Shown piece by piece: positions 45,331-56,764 of a stretch of 64,000 nucleotides of DNA. Numbering within the stretch: position 1 is the stretch's first letter; each line of letters begins with the position of its first letter. The stretch comes from Candidatus Spongiisociaceae bacterium. GTDB lineage: Bacteria > Actinomycetota > Acidimicrobiia > Spongiisociales > Spongiisociaceae. A model generated the notes under the pieces. That model searched no databases. It was not told where the DNA came from and worked only from the letters and a program-made list of their open reading frames with translations. Location of the stretch: NCBI GenBank assembly GCA_965262915.1, contig OZ253564.1:1376001-1440000 (forward strand), in the 5' to 3' direction. Position numbers and translations under genes: made by a program.

Positions 45331-45603
45331 GGGCCTCCGTACCCCACCAACAAGAGAACCCGACCGACCCCACACACCCTCACCAGCCCCAACACGGCTC
45401 CCCCTCCTAAACCCCCACCACCTACACCCCCTCCGCCGCAAGCTCAGGAGGACGCCCAAGAAAAGAAGGGCGCAAACCAGGACGGCCAAGCCTCCCCGGC
45501 TCATGGCAGGGTTCTCCCAGCCCGCAAAACGGCTCCCAGCCCTTTGCCCTTTCCCCGCACCGGACGGTCCATCCGCCGCTTCGACCAGACGTTCCGGGCT
45601 CGG

Positions 45604-46011
45604 TTACGGCTTCTGCTGGCCCCTTAGTTTCGGGGTGGTGAAGGGATGCAGCAACAGATGCTCGTTGAGAGTCCCCATCTCGGCTGCTGTCGCCATGGCC
45701 TGGGCAAGGAGATCGAAGTCCTCGGCTTTGAACCCTCGGGCAACCAACTTGTCGAACTGGGTCAGCGCCTCCATGACCTCAGCGTCATCGGAGAACGCCA
45801 CGACCACCTCGTTCAGGGCAACCCAGAACTCTTCTGTATCAGGCGCTCCTTTAACAAGCGTGTGGCGAGCGCCGACTAGCTTGCGGAGCACATCCCGGCG
45901 CATACGCCGCCGCTCGGACTCGTCAGCCAACTTCTGCGTGCGCTGTATAGCCCAGCGGGTCACAGCGAACCCGGATACAGCCAACAAGAGCGCCGCCCCT
46001 AACTCCCACAT
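45604..46011 (-). CDS. Membrane-anchored hypothetical protein (DUF6680-like)
   Basis: N-terminal TM helix, then [12 protein letters not shown]...[12 protein letters not shown]...LLAQAMA. Confidence 0.55.
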   Translation of the reverse strand: MWELGAALLLAVSGFAVTRWAIQRTQKLADESERRRMRRDVLRKLVGARHTLVKGAPDTEEFWVALNEVVVAFSDDAEVMEALTQFDKLVARGFKAEDFDLLAQAMATAAEMGTLNEHLLLHPFTTPKLRGQQKP

Positions 46012-46208
46012 CGCTCCACACCTTAGAACCGCGTGCGCCAACCTGTGTTGTGGTCCCCTCTCGGGCAAGCCCTCCCGCTCTTCGAATGAAAGACCAGCAA
46101 CGGACCACCCTTCCGCTGCGGGGCTCAGGCACGGTGGCTGTGGCACCGGTGGCAACTGGCGGGTTCCCTTTCGGTTCGGCCCGGTGTCGTCGGGTTGTTG
46201 GTGGCACG

Positions 46209-46571
46209 ATGAGAGAAGCCCCGATTTCGAAAGGGAGAAATATCTTGTCGAGGCAGACCGAACTGCATAAGATCTTACAAGCCAAGAAGGACCTTGACCC
46301 TGTTGAGCAGGCCCAGTTCGAGTCGGCGTATTCTCGTCAACGCAAAGACCCGACGGTAGCTCTGCTCCTGAGCCTCTTCTTAGGAGGGCTGGGAGTGGAC
46401 CGCTTCTACATTGGCCATATCGGACGCGGCATCGCGAAGTTGCTCACGCTCGGCGGTCTCCTTATCTGGCAGATCGTCGACTGGTTCCTGATCCGCCGCC
46501 GAACCGCCGCCAAGAACGCTAAAACGATCCGTGAGGTCAGGGCGGCAATCCTCGCAGCTAGAGCGTCCTAA
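46209..46571 (+). CDS. TM2 domain protein
   Basis: [24 protein letters not shown]...WQIVDWFLI. Confidence 0.85.
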   Translation: MREAPISKGRNILSRQTELHKILQAKKDLDPVEQAQFESAYSRQRKDPTVALLLSLFLGGLGVDRFYIGHIGRGIAKLLTLGGLLIWQIVDWFLIRRRTAAKNAKTIREVRAAILAARAS

Positions 46572-46944
46572 CCCCCGTCCTAGCGGGCTGTTCGCCGCTG
46601 GGCGGCAGCGGACACCCCTTCCGTTGGGGGGCTCAGGGGGTGGTGGGGTGCGTTTCGTCCGTGTCGAGACCCTCGGCTGGACGGTACCCGGACGAAAGTC
46701 CTCCCCTCTTACCACCGTGCGGCACGGTCCTTGGTCATCGGACGGGTTCGGCGAGTCGCCCCTCGGGGTCGTGTCGCCGATGTGCTGGAAGCGGGATGAT
46801 CCTGTGGGTTGCATGCCGAACATTGTCTTACCGCAGGTTGGCGCCAACAACCGGTGACATACCCGTACCTGCCCTTAGACACTGAGGGATAGACCAGGGT
46901 GATGCCCTATAGACAATCCGTTCGAGGTGTCGGATAGTTAGGTC

Positions 46945-48468
46945 ATGAGTAACCGAACTGCATCACTTCACCGTCCTGACGAGGGCCGCTGGCTGGCGGG
47001 GGTAGCGGCCGGTGTGGGTCGGCGTTTCGGAGTTCCGGTATGGATCCTCCGGGTCGCTTTCGCTCTGCTCTGCTTCGCAGGCGGGCTGGGGGCCCTGCTG
47101 TACGTGGCGGGCTGGCTGCTGATTCCCGGTGAGGGCGAGACCGACGCGATCGTGGCGGGCTGGTTGGGTACCGGCCAGATCCGGCGGTGGGTAGGCGTGA
47201 TCCTTGTCGGTCTCGCCGTCATAATCCTGGTCAACCAGACAGGTCTCATCAGGGGTGACCTGGCGTTCGCGGTGGTACTGATCGGTATCGGCGTGATGCT
47301 TTACCGCGGGGACCTGAGCCGTGGAGACCACCAGCAGGACTCCACCCCGTCGCGTGCCCAACCTGGTGCGTCGTCGTCCCCTCAGGCTATGCCTTCTGGT
47401 ACGGCCGCCGACCCGCCGGTCGGAGCCCCGTCCCCGCCGCCGGTGCGGACGCCACCTCCACCGCCGCGGGAGACTTCGTTTCTTGGCAGGGTGTCGGTGG
47501 GGTTCGCTGTGTTGGCGTTGGGAGTGCTCGGCCTATTCGACAGTACCGTTCCCGGTTTCGATCCCCAGCTCCGCCACTACGTGGCGTTGTTGGTAGCGGT
47601 CACAGGCGTCGGTCTGGTGGTCGGCGCCTGGTTCGGTCGTACGAGAGGTCTGACCGTGCTCGGCGTTGTGCTACTCCCGATCCTGGTCCTGTCACCGTTA
47701 CCGGAGCAGGTCGACCAGAGATCGTCTATCGATTTCGACTTCGCATCGGTTGGACAAGCACAACATCGACCGGGGACGGTAGAGGAGATACTCGCTGAGT
47801 ACGAGATGGGTCTTGGTTCGCTGCTCATCGACCTCCGGGATGTCGACTTCGCCGGTCATACCGTGGCTACGCGAGCCGACGTGGGAATCGGCGAAATCCT
47901 CGTGCGGGTACCGGAGGGCGTGTCCGCCCACGTGAGCGGTCGGGTGGGTATGGGAACGTTGCAGGTCGGCGACCAGGGACAGGGGGGAATCGGCGTCGAG
48001 GGTGATCTCCGCTTGGAGGGAACGGGGGGCAAGCTGGTACTAGATGCAGACATCGGAATCGGCCAGATAGTGGTGTACTCGTGGCCGGAGGACGATCACT
48101 CCCCCTACCCGGGTTCGCAGGAGCCAGCAGGTCGAGACATGTACCGGATCAGAAACGAGGCAGATCTCCGAGAGGCGTACACGCTGGAGAACGGGTCGCT
48201 GCGGTTAGATCTCGGGGAACTGGTCCTCGAGGATGACAAGAGCGTACGCGTCGACGTGGGTCGGGGCGAAGTGTGGGTGACCGTACCGCGGGAACTGGCC
48301 CTGCGGATCACCAGCCGGGTGGACCGTGGGAGCCTCACCCTGTTCGACGAAAGACAGAACGGATCCAATCTGTATGCGGAACGTTCCCTCCATCGAATAG
48401 GAGCCCCCCTGCTCACACTGGACATCAGCCTCGGCGAAGGGACCATGATCGTGGCGCAACAGCAATGA
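46945..48468 (+). CDS. PspC-domain membrane protein with two LiaF/DUF2154-like beta domains
   Basis: LHRPDEGRWLAGVAAGVGRRFG...LYVAGWLLIP; repeated GSLxxDL...GEIxVxVP. Confidence 0.85.
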   Translation: MSNRTASLHRPDEGRWLAGVAAGVGRRFGVPVWILRVAFALLCFAGGLGALLYVAGWLLIPGEGETDAIVAGWLGTGQIRRWVGVILVGLAVIILVNQTGLIRGDLAFAVVLIGIGVMLYRGDLSRGDHQQDSTPSRAQPGASSSPQAMPSGTAADPPVGAPSPPPVRTPPPPPRETSFLGRVSVGFAVLALGVLGLFDSTVPGFDPQLRHYVALLVAVTGVGLVVGAWFGRTRGLTVLGVVLLPILVLSPLPEQVDQRSSIDFDFASVGQAQHRPGTVEEILAEYEMGLGSLLIDLRDVDFAGHTVATRADVGIGEILVRVPEGVSAHVSGRVGMGTLQVGDQGQGGIGVEGDLRLEGTGGKLVLDADIGIGQIVVYSWPEDDHSPYPGSQEPAGRDMYRIRNEADLREAYTLENGSLRLDLGELVLEDDKSVRVDVGRGEVWVTVPRELALRITSRVDRGSLTLFDERQNGSNLYAERSLHRIGAPLLTLDISLGEGTMIVAQQQ

Positions 48469-48719
48469 AACGCCATACGTTCAATGCTTTCTCGCTGGTG
48501 TTCGGAGCAATACTGATCCTGGCGGCCGCGTGGAGCGCATTTTCGGGCCAAGGATGGTTGTTCGACATCCCCCACTGGTTGGTGCCCACGGCGGCGATCC
48601 TCGTCGGTGCCGCTCTGATAAGCCCCTTGTTCGCCTCCAAACAGAGCAACAGGGAACACCCCGAAGAGAACGGTGCGGTCGCCCAGTCCCAGGAGACGAA
48701 CAACCCTGCTCCCGGCTAG
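48465..48719 (+). CDS. Small membrane protein coupled to the PspC gene
   Basis: ATGA overlap; MKRHTFNAFSLVFGAILI... Confidence 0.7.
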   Translation: MKRHTFNAFSLVFGAILILAAAWSAFSGQGWLFDIPHWLVPTAAILVGAALISPLFASKQSNREHPEENGAVAQSQETNNPAPG

Positions 48720-49344
48720 GGGTTGCCTGATCATGTGTGCCAAATCGGCGGGTTGTACTTCGTCTAATGGGTTGGGGCGGGTTTGGGTTGCCGGAATATC
48801 TGAACGAGATGTGGTGCGGTTCCAAGATGTGTACCGGCCTTGTTGACGATCATTGAAGCTACCCGGCCTTCCCTGTTAGACGAGGTACCTTCATCCCTAT
48901 TGGCTGGAGACAGTTGGCTGCAACTTCAGTTGATACTGCAAGGCCTTTAGTACCCTGTTGCGGTACTTCTCTTCGGTTGCGGCGAACGGCTCCAAGCTGC
49001 CACCGAACAGTCCAGCTTGGAGCCGCCCCAGTCGGCGCCCGCTTGTTCTGCTTCTGTCTTTATCCGCTCCCAGAGAGGCGGCCCGATGTCGAATACCAGT
49101 TCGTGGTGACATCGCCGATGGGCGGGCACGCCATCGCCGCCTACCAAAACGAAGGCCACACCGTCGAAGACCAGCACCTGGCCCACATACGCCCCGCCCG
49201 ATTCGAGCACATCAACCCCTACAGCACCTACAACCTCAACGTCGAAGCCGTACTCCAACGAATCCAACACCGACCCCTCAAACCTGCCCAACCCATTAGA
49301 CGAAGTACAACCCGCCGATTTGGCACAAATGATCAGCCACCCCC
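48719..49344 (+). mobile_element. Miniature non-autonomous Tn3-family derivative
   Basis: 49-bp IRs starting GGGG (48719-48767, 49296-49344); tnpA C-terminus LAHIRPARFEHINPYSTY; one res-type half-site at ~48875. Confidence 0.8.
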
Positions 49345-49536
49345 CACACCCAACACTCGGTCGGACCTCAAAGCCCACAACCGCACACCCCGGCAGTCAC
49401 CTGAGCTGTCATTGTGTCTAGGCTGTCGAGTCTCGGCGCGGCATCGAAATCGGAACGGCAGACGGTGCGGATGCTTGAGCGATCGGCGGTTTGCTCAAGT
49501 TGATACTCGCAAGCGGTGCTTCCTAGCCTCCCCCAC

Positions 49537-50493
49537 ATGACCGATGATCAGCCCGATCGAAGCCAAATCTGGAATCTGCTGAACTACAAGACCCTGCATG
49601 CGACTGCATCGCTCATGTATCTGCTCCAGGGCATGGAACTGGTCCGAGGGCGGATTCTGCCCACATACAACAGAGTTCCGCCGAACAGCCGCCACGGGGC
49701 AGTCTTTCCGCCGGAACTCTCCTATGTGGATATCCCGCTGGTGGACAACGGTCCGGGCTTCGACCTCAACGAGGTCTTGGGGCGCGAGGGCGAAGCCGAG
49801 CAACTCGCATTCAAAGCCTGGATCGAGGAAACGTACAACATCGTCTGGGAAAGCGATCTACGCAACGTCATGAAAGCGAGCATTGCTGCCAATGACGCGA
49901 TTCGCCCACGAGCCAACCCCTGGGGCGATCTGAGGCACATCAGAAACGATCTCGTGCACCACGCTGGCATCGCGAGCGCCCAAGAGACCGGCAAGTGCAC
50001 TGTCCTCAGATGGTTCGAGCCAGGCGATCCGATGATTCTCACGATGGGTCACGTGCTTGACTTCCTCAACCACATGAACCTCATGAACCTGATGGGCGGG
50101 TTCATATCCGGAGCTGCAGCCAGGTGGTTCGTGTACCCCCAGATGCGCAGCGCACTGGAGGAACGGGAAACCCCCGAAATCGTCTCGCTGCGCATCGTGT
50201 TCATCGGAGCGGACGACGACGGCACCAGCGCCCACGGCATCTGTGTTGCCTTCGACAACGGAGTCTGGGCGAAGACTCCATTCAGGCATCCTGCCAACGG
50301 TACGCCGATACCGGACCGCATGGCATTCATGGAACAAACCCTCGTTGACGACGACGGCAATGTGAGGCTCGCCAACGGAACCACCCTCGACCGACGCGAC
50401 CTGTACCTGTCCGGCATCGCCGTCATGTTCGGCGACGTACCACAAGACGACAAGCCGCCCCTGCCCGGTCCGTGGTTCCAATTCAGAGAATGA
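49537..50493 (+). CDS. Hypothetical protein with RxxxxH (HEPN-like) motif
   Basis: WGDLRHIRNDLVHHAG; intact 318-codon ORF with normal codon pattern. Confidence 0.65.
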   Translation: MTDDQPDRSQIWNLLNYKTLHATASLMYLLQGMELVRGRILPTYNRVPPNSRHGAVFPPELSYVDIPLVDNGPGFDLNEVLGREGEAEQLAFKAWIEETYNIVWESDLRNVMKASIAANDAIRPRANPWGDLRHIRNDLVHHAGIASAQETGKCTVLRWFEPGDPMILTMGHVLDFLNHMNLMNLMGGFISGAAARWFVYPQMRSALEERETPEIVSLRIVFIGADDDGTSAHGICVAFDNGVWAKTPFRHPANGTPIPDRMAFMEQTLVDDDGNVRLANGTTLDRRDLYLSGIAVMFGDVPQDDKPPLPGPWFQFRE

Positions 50494-50554
50494 ACCCGAT
50501 CACAAGGCTCAAATGTGCCGTCCGTGACATCATGCGGCGACGTGACGCCGGACC

Positions 50555-50778
50555 GACTCCGGCAGGTCGCCAGGTGCGGCCGAATGCCCGGAAACGCCGG
50601 GAGTTCGTCTACTGGCCCGGTCTCCGCTGACCATCGTTGACTAGCGCTGTGTGGTGTATATCCAAACGTGGCCGGGCGGGTTTATGCACGGCCCGGCTGC
50701 TGGTTTCCGGAAACCGGCTTCTACCTGGGGAGACGCTGCGGGCCCAGCTTGTCATGATGTCTTTTATCGGACATCACG
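50555..50778 (+). repeat. Non-coding module B, copy 2
   Basis: Similar to 10288-10495. Confidence 0.75.
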
Positions 50779-51018
50779 TTCCCCCGCCGGTGTCCGCCCC
50801 GTTGGTCTTGGTAGCCGGCTACCGGGCTGCACGCTGCGCTGCATCAACGGACTACCCCTCCGCTGGAGGGGCTCAAGAGAGTGTTAGGCAGGCCGGGCGA
50901 CCTATGACAGCCGGCCACAGTTCCCCGTCCAGATCCTCGCCCAGTGTGGGTGATGTCCCGGATTCGGCGTGTGGCTGCCCGGCGGCGGTGAGGAAGCGTT
51001 TGCCCCAATCAGGCGTGT

Positions 51019-51687
51019 TTAGAGCCAGACCTCCACACCGCCCGAGAACGCTGAATCATGTAGTGTCAGTACCGCTCCAGTTCCATCTCGCGGGAAGCTT
51101 TCGGGAACATCGAAGGGCACTATCGCCTCAAAGCTCAGTCCCGGATTTAGGTCCTCTAAGGCGGTGCCGCTCCAGGTAAAAGAGGCAGCATCATATGTAG
51201 CTGCGCCTAATGTGAGTTTTTGATTACCTGCGAAGAAGGACTGCGCTTCGTCGCTGACATTCGTTACCTTTATCCGAGCAATAAGCCACGTACCGAGTGC
51301 CTCATCCTCTAGCCCTCCAGACCCGAGGATCTTGCCTGGCTGTTCTACATCGATAACAACAAACTCAAACTTGCCGTCCCGTACCGGGTCGCCGATGCTC
51401 GCTCGCTTAGGGGGAGGCTTAGTAGTCGTTGTAGTTGTTGTGGCGATGCGCGTCGTCGTAGTAGTCGTTGCCTCGGAACGAGGTTGAGCACTAGTTGGGG
51501 ACTGATTGCTCCCGGTGTCGCTACCGACGATGCTACCAACGATGAGAACACCAAAGGAAGCGGCCACAATCAACAGAGCACGCGACCGCGGGATCCGCAG
51601 CGCCTTGATCGGGTAGATGACGTTGACAAGGCCGAGAAGGAACGATAACAACCCCAGTAGGACGAGAAGAGTGCCTAAAGTGTCCAA
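51019..51687 (-). CDS. DUF4352-domain membrane-anchored protein
   Basis: Two TM helices, Thr-rich linker, IGDPVRDGKFEFVV, LNPG...FDVP and LHDSAFSGGV. Confidence 0.85.
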   Translation of the reverse strand: MDTLGTLLVLLGLLSFLLGLVNVIYPIKALRIPRSRALLIVAASFGVLIVGSIVGSDTGSNQSPTSAQPRSEATTTTTTRIATTTTTTTKPPPKRASIGDPVRDGKFEFVVIDVEQPGKILGSGGLEDEALGTWLIARIKVTNVSDEAQSFFAGNQKLTLGAATYDAASFTWSGTALEDLNPGLSFEAIVPFDVPESFPRDGTGAVLTLHDSAFSGGVEVWL

Positions 51688-51913
51688 CTTAATCTCCCAT
51701 CCTTCAAGAACCTAACTCCTTTAGGGGTGCCAGCCTGCTCGGAGTCGCTTCAGGTCCCTTTAAGGGTTGAACCCTAGCTCCGGAGCCGTCCCGACCTCGC
51801 TGGGGTCTGTGTCAGGAAGCTGTCCTCAACGCGGGGCGCTACCCAAGTTAACAAAGTCGGGTCTTCCCCGGACAGGAGGGGTGCCATAGGTCCCCGTCCC
51901 AGGTCCCTCCCCC

Positions 51914-52524
51914 CGACGCCTTCTCCGGAGGCTGATGCCGGGTAGGCCGTTGTCCGATAATAGATATTATGTAAACCTGCGCCCGTGGTGTTTCCCCAGG
52001 TAGATGGCGGTTTCCGGCAGTAGGCGGCCGGTGACGTGCATAACACGGTCGAATATGCGGCGGTTAATACCGGTCGACGATGGTCAGCAGAGACCGGGCT
52101 GGTAGAGGAGCTCCCGGCGGGTACGGTTAACCCCCTATGAGCAGAGTCCGGCCCCCAGGGCGCCCACCACCCACATATCCTCCCGGCCGCCACTGCGCCA
52201 GCGACAGCTGCGCGGCGCGTCTGTCCATTTACAACCCGACCGACCACTGCGGCCTCCACTCCCTCCGACACCCACTCAAACGGAGCCGCCGAGGCTGGTG
52301 AGAGCATCGGGCGGGTAGCCGCTGTCGGCGGCGGGTCGAGCCTCCCGAGCCCTTTCAGAGGTTGGGAGTACCCCAGTAGGTAGGAGGGGCCGTTACGTGA
52401 GAGGAGACGGGCCCGAGGTTCCCGGGCCCAGAACGCTGCTCTACCCGCGGGCTCGCCGGATGCGGGACATCATCGACCACCACTCCCGATCCGCCGCCAG
52501 CGTGTCTTTATCTACCAGCACCCC
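51914..52524 (-). repeat. Non-coding modules A'+A+B, copy 4 (inverted)
   Basis: Reverse complement of 9795-10203 joined almost directly to 10345-10527. Confidence 0.9.
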
Positions 52525-52594
52525 AGCCGAGGCCCTCACCGAACACCTAGACTCCCTCCAACAAGGCACTGTTGCAACGACCCCTTGAACCTGG
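52525..52594 (+). mobile_element. IS30 3' end remnant
   Basis: gccgaggccctcaccgaacacctagactccctccaacaaggcactgttgcaacgaccccttgaacctgg. Confidence 0.75.
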
Positions 52595-53312
52595 TGAGAC
52601 CACACCAACCGACCCCAGCCCCCAGCGGAAGGGTGCTCCGCTGCCGCCACCCGGCGACAGCCATGGAACCGGGTTCCCCAGCCCGTCGTGGCGGCTGTGG
52701 CCCAGCATGTCGCCGTCTGCGTTCTCGAGGGGGTTTCGGGCGGAAACACCCCAAAACCCGCCGTCAGAACGCTAACCACCATAACCCAAAGGCCTAGAAG
52801 CCGTTTTGGGGGCCGGGAGAACCCCGCCACGACCTAGGAGGCCTGACCGCTCCGGTTTCCACGTGTCAGCTGGTGCAGCCTGCGAGCGAGCTACGAGCCT
52901 AGGGGGTCCGTCCCCAACCGCCGACGGACAGCTGCGCCGCCGAATCCGGGGGCAACCCACCCGCCGCCGGCGACGACCCCGACGGGGGGCTATGACGCTG
53001 GCTGTCCTGAGAACGCCCGGCCTGCCTGACTCCCCTCCAGCGGAAGGGAAGTCCCCTGCCGCCGCCCAGCGAATTGCCAGGTAACCGGTTCCCCTACGTC
53101 GTGGCAGTTGGGGGGACGGGGGGTTTCAGGTTGCTACTACGGAATTCCTGGTTACGAAATGCCGGCGCCTTACCGAAGGTTGTGGGTCGCCTCGGTGCGG
53201 AACAGATGCACGAGGGTTACGGCAATCTGGACCGCTGCTTCGGCCCAGGCTGCTTTACAAGGGCCAGTTGGGGCAGCGCTGCGAGTCGGCAGCGATTCTC
53301 TTGCAGGATCAA

Positions 53313-53594
53313 TCAAAGGCGTTGTCTCTTGCGCGCTTCAAGGATTGCGTTGTTGTAATTATCGACCCAACCCTTGACGAGAAACAGATTAACCACAAAC
53401 CATATTCCCGTCACAATTAGAGGAATAATCAGCCACCCCAATAAAACGACGATAGCCCAATAGATCACTCCCAAAGTCACTTTTCTCAGGAAAAAGAAAT
53501 GGATAGGAAATATGATGGCCAGCGCCATCATAGCTCCGAAGCCCCTAAGAGGCTTCGCGGCTAGTTGCTCGTCAGGTAGCCACTGATCAGTCAT
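53313..53594 (-). CDS. TM2/NINE-like small membrane protein, lower GC
   Basis: aggagga RBS; IHFFFLRKVTLGVIYW...GIWFVVNLFLVKGWVDNYN. Confidence 0.7.
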   Translation of the reverse strand: MTDQWLPDEQLAAKPLRGFGAMMALAIIFPIHFFFLRKVTLGVIYWAIVVLLGWLIIPLIVTGIWFVVNLFLVKGWVDNYNNAILEARKRQRL

Positions 53595-53931
53595 ATTAGT
53601 GGTTCCTCCTTTGTTGGGTTGGATGAACCGGTATATCGAGAGGAGACTTACCTCGCTACTTGCCCACAAGTAGTCGCCATTGTTCCCAGCCCGGCTATAC
53701 CCTGCGAGGTTAGCCGGGTCCTTCACCACCATGAGGGGTCAACGCCTCGGAACCCCGAACCCCCAGCCCTCACAGCGGAAGGGTAGTCCGCTGCCCATAG
53801 CGGTGAACAGCCAGCTAACCGATTGGCCCTGCGCGGAAATGTGGGTTGGGTGGGTTGAAATCCTTGGATTGGGGGTGAGGCCTCGCTGGAATCGGTGAAT
53901 AGCGAAGTCGCCGAATCCAGGAGAGGCCTCG

Positions 53932-54268
53932 ATGTCTGATCTTATGTCTGTTCGTCTGCACCTGTCGGGTGTTCGCGTGAGGGGAGTGCCGGTGGACACG
54001 GTTGACCGCCTCGAGGTCGAAGTCGCATCGGCTCGGGAGTGGTCGCGGTGCCGCCATTGTGGGTTCCGCTGCTTTCGGGTGTGGGACCGGAGGACGAAGC
54101 GGGTTCGTGACCTGGGGGTGAGCGGCCGTCGCGCCACCCTGGTTTGGCGTCGTCGCCGGTTCTGCTGTGGGAACTGCGGGGAACGCCACCTCGAGGACCA
54201 CGACCAGTTCGGGCGGTGGCCCGCCATCCATGGGGTTGGCTGGCATCGGATCATGCGCCTGGTGAGAG
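53932..54268 (+). pseudogene. ISL3-family transposase N-terminal fragment
   Basis: Zinc-finger CRHCG...WDRRTKRVRDL...LVWRRRRFCCGNCG. Confidence 0.8.
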
Positions 54269-54687
54269 GGGGGTGGCTGATCATTTGTGCCAAATCGGCG
54301 GGTTGTACTTCGGCTAATGGGTTGGGGCAGGTTTGAGGGGTCGGTGTTGGATTCGTTGGAGTACGGCTTCGACGTTGAGGTTGTAGGTGCTGTAGGGGTT
54401 GATGTGGTCGAATCGGGCGGGGCTTATGTGGGCCAGGGACCGTATGGGGGGCCTCCACCGGGTGGGGAACGAACCCGGGGTAGGGCAGGCCGGTCAACCT
54501 CAACCGCCTTGGGCTAGGCGGGTTACCGGATTGCGATGCGACCGCAGCCAACGGATGTCCTCGAGATCGAGATAGAAATAGGCAGCCAGGTCGCTGTGTG
54601 CAACATCATCGGGCCCGCAAGTCGAGGGCTCGCTGTTCCGGTTCGGGGATGACCGAGGTCGGCATAGGCGATTCTGATCCCAGCGCC

Positions 54688-55563
54688 TTACTGGTCGATC
54701 AGTATCGATTCGACAGCATCGGCTCGGTCGGTGTCCGACGGGAGGCTGTAGCGTCGGGTCGTGTCCAGGCGGCGATGCCCGGCGAGTTCTGCAATAAGCA
54801 CGACATCGGCTCCCGAGCGAACCAGGTTCGTGACGAACGTGTGACGAAGCACATGCCCGGACAACCCCTCAAGAGCCGTGTCAGCCGCGATCCGTTCGAT
54901 GATGTGGCCGACAGCCCGAACCGACAGACGGGTACCTAGACGCGAGAGCCACAACGCATCCGCAACGAGCCCCTTGAGATCGCAGAGACCCGCCCGCGCA
55001 TCCAACCAGTTCTCAAGCATTGGCCGACATGCCGAGTTGAGCGGCACCTTCCGGTACCGGTCTCCTTTACCCGACCGCACCGTGACCATCCCTTTGCGGG
55101 CGGTGATCGCCACATCCGTTACCACCAGAGCCGCCAACTCCGACAGGCGAAGACCCGTATACAGCATGAGGGTGACGATGGCCCGGTCCCTCACCGAAGG
55201 GAGACGCTCCACTGCACGTATCAGCTTCCGCTGGTCCGTGTGGTCCAACGCCCGGGGCGCTACCTGAGGGATCTGTTCGCGGGCCACGTCGGGGCGGCCC
55301 ATCTGTCGGGAACGGTAGAAGTTGTCGATAGCAGCCAAGGCTTGGTTGACCGTCGCCGCAGACCAGCGCTTCTGCACCTTCATCTGTCGCTTGTAGTCCC
55401 GCACCGCCCAGTCACGCCGATCGTGCTGCGTCAAAGCAGCCTCAGGATCCCCAGTATCGGCGAGCCATCTCAGATACGAGCCCACCTGCGCCCTGTACGC
55501 TTGGCGGGAACGGGAGGCCAACGGCTGGCGGTCAAGCCACACCGTGTAGGTCTCAAAGGCCAT
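54688..55563 (-). CDS. Tyrosine recombinase, probable TnpI-like cointegrate resolvase
   Basis: RDRAIVTLMLYTGLRLSEL, GKGDRYR, HVLRHTF and LAGHRRLDTTRRY; R-K-H-R-H-Y set intact. Confidence 0.9.
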   Translation of the reverse strand: MAFETYTVWLDRQPLASRSRQAYRAQVGSYLRWLADTGDPEAALTQHDRRDWAVRDYKRQMKVQKRWSAATVNQALAAIDNFYRSRQMGRPDVAREQIPQVAPRALDHTDQRKLIRAVERLPSVRDRAIVTLMLYTGLRLSELAALVVTDVAITARKGMVTVRSGKGDRYRKVPLNSACRPMLENWLDARAGLCDLKGLVADALWLSRLGTRLSVRAVGHIIERIAADTALEGLSGHVLRHTFVTNLVRSGADVVLIAELAGHRRLDTTRRYSLPSDTDRADAVESILIDQ

Positions 55564-55602
55564 CCCGGCCAGCGTTCCGGCCTCCACACCCGCCCCTTCC
55601 CT

Positions 55603-55699
55603 GTTAGACGAAGTACGTTCGGGGTGTTTCCAGCACTTCCCGAACGGGTTAGACGAAGTAGCGGCGTATTGTACTGCGTCTAACAAGTATTAGACGAAG
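55603..55699. promoter_or_regulatory. Putative internal resolution site
   Basis: Direct repeats gttagacgaagta at 55603 and 55648; inverted core gtactgcgtctaa-caagta-ttagacgaag at 55671-55699. Confidence 0.75.
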
Positions 55700-55732
55700 A
55701 AGAACGCCGCCGGAAGGTGGCAGCACCGAGGG

Positions 55733-56224
55733 TCACCGCGCCCGGGGTTTGGCTCTAGCCTGTCCGGTGTACCTGGCCGGTTCTGCGTGGAGGAGATCGC
55801 CAACAGCGACCTCCATTTCCTCGTCGTCGAAGATCGCAGTGATCCGCAGCTTCCCGCCGGTAGCTTCGATGAAACGGACCAAAGTAGCGAGATGAAGGTT
55901 GCCTCGCCTTTCGATGCGTGACACCTCACCCTGACTGATACGGAGCTGATCCGACATCTGCTGTTGGGTGAGACCGCGTGCCTTGCGGATCGCCTGGAGG
56001 GTTCGGACCCGGTTCGCAATCTCCGCGAACGTCTGGGCTTCGACAGCGGCTGCTCGTGGATTAGCGCGGATCTGCTCCCCGATAGCCTCCATCCGCTCGG
56101 CTGTTGTCGCCCACTCTTGGTCAGTGAACTCACTAGGTCCGAGTTCTGGGTTGTCAACAATGGCCCGCACCCTCTCCCGGTTTCGATCCCCGACTAAGTT
56201 GTCTGTCCCCTGATTCTCAGCCAT
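55733..56224 (-). CDS. XRE-family HTH antitoxin
   Basis: LQAIRKARGLTQQQMSDQLRISQGEVSRIERRGNLHLATLVRFIEATGGKL. Confidence 0.85.
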   Translation of the reverse strand: MAENQGTDNLVGDRNRERVRAIVDNPELGPSEFTDQEWATTAERMEAIGEQIRANPRAAAVEAQTFAEIANRVRTLQAIRKARGLTQQQMSDQLRISQGEVSRIERRGNLHLATLVRFIEATGGKLRITAIFDDEEMEVAVGDLLHAEPARYTGQARAKPRAR

Positions 56225-56273
56225 AGCCGACCTCCTTGACCCACCAAGAACCCGCCGTCTTGTTGTGCTGCAG

Positions 56274-56745
56274 TTATCGGATCCTTCTTACCTGCGCGCG
56301 GTGGCTCGGCTGGTGTCGGTGCCACTCTCCGATCATGAGGCTCTCGATCTGGCTGACGACACTCCGATACCACCCGTTGCCCAACTGCGTCTTGTCCCCG
56401 ACCAACATCACCACCGCCACCTCACCGCCGTCCCCAACATCGAACCAGACATAAGGGATCCTCAGCACTGGCGGACTGTCGGCGTACGGTGTGTAGACGG
56501 TCGGCGGGGTTCGACGCAGCGCGAACAACTCGAACCGCCGAGGTCACAATCGGATGGCTGGCATCCCCAGGCTGATAGCCCTCAATAAGGTGGCCATGCT
56601 CTTCGAGCGCACGAACCAGGGCCACAACATCGCCCAGCAACTCCATGTACCGGTCTTCAGCAACGGCTACAACATTGAGTTCCCGAAGCTGCCGAACGAA
56701 TGTCGGGTGGTACATAACAGCCGCCACAAACACCCAGTATGCCAT
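56274..56745 (-). pseudogene. RelE/HigB-like toxin, frameshifted near 56535
   Basis: HPTFVRQL...SHPIVTS in one frame; LFALRR...VMLVGDKTQLGNGWY in another; upstream of the HTH gene. Confidence 0.65.
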
Positions 56746-56764
56746 ACAACCTATATGCTGTCAA
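56736..56764 (-). promoter_or_regulatory. Sigma70-type promoter for the TA operon
   Basis: TTGACA-17 bp-CATACT on the minus strand; implies a later, possibly leaderless GTG start for the toxin. Confidence 0.6.

Noticed and set aside
44452-46640. Classical integron cassette array
   Set aside because: No RYYYAAC...GTTRRRY attC structure was seen, genes are in mixed orientations, and no recombinase shows a clear IntI-specific insertion. Reported instead as a non-canonical candidate.
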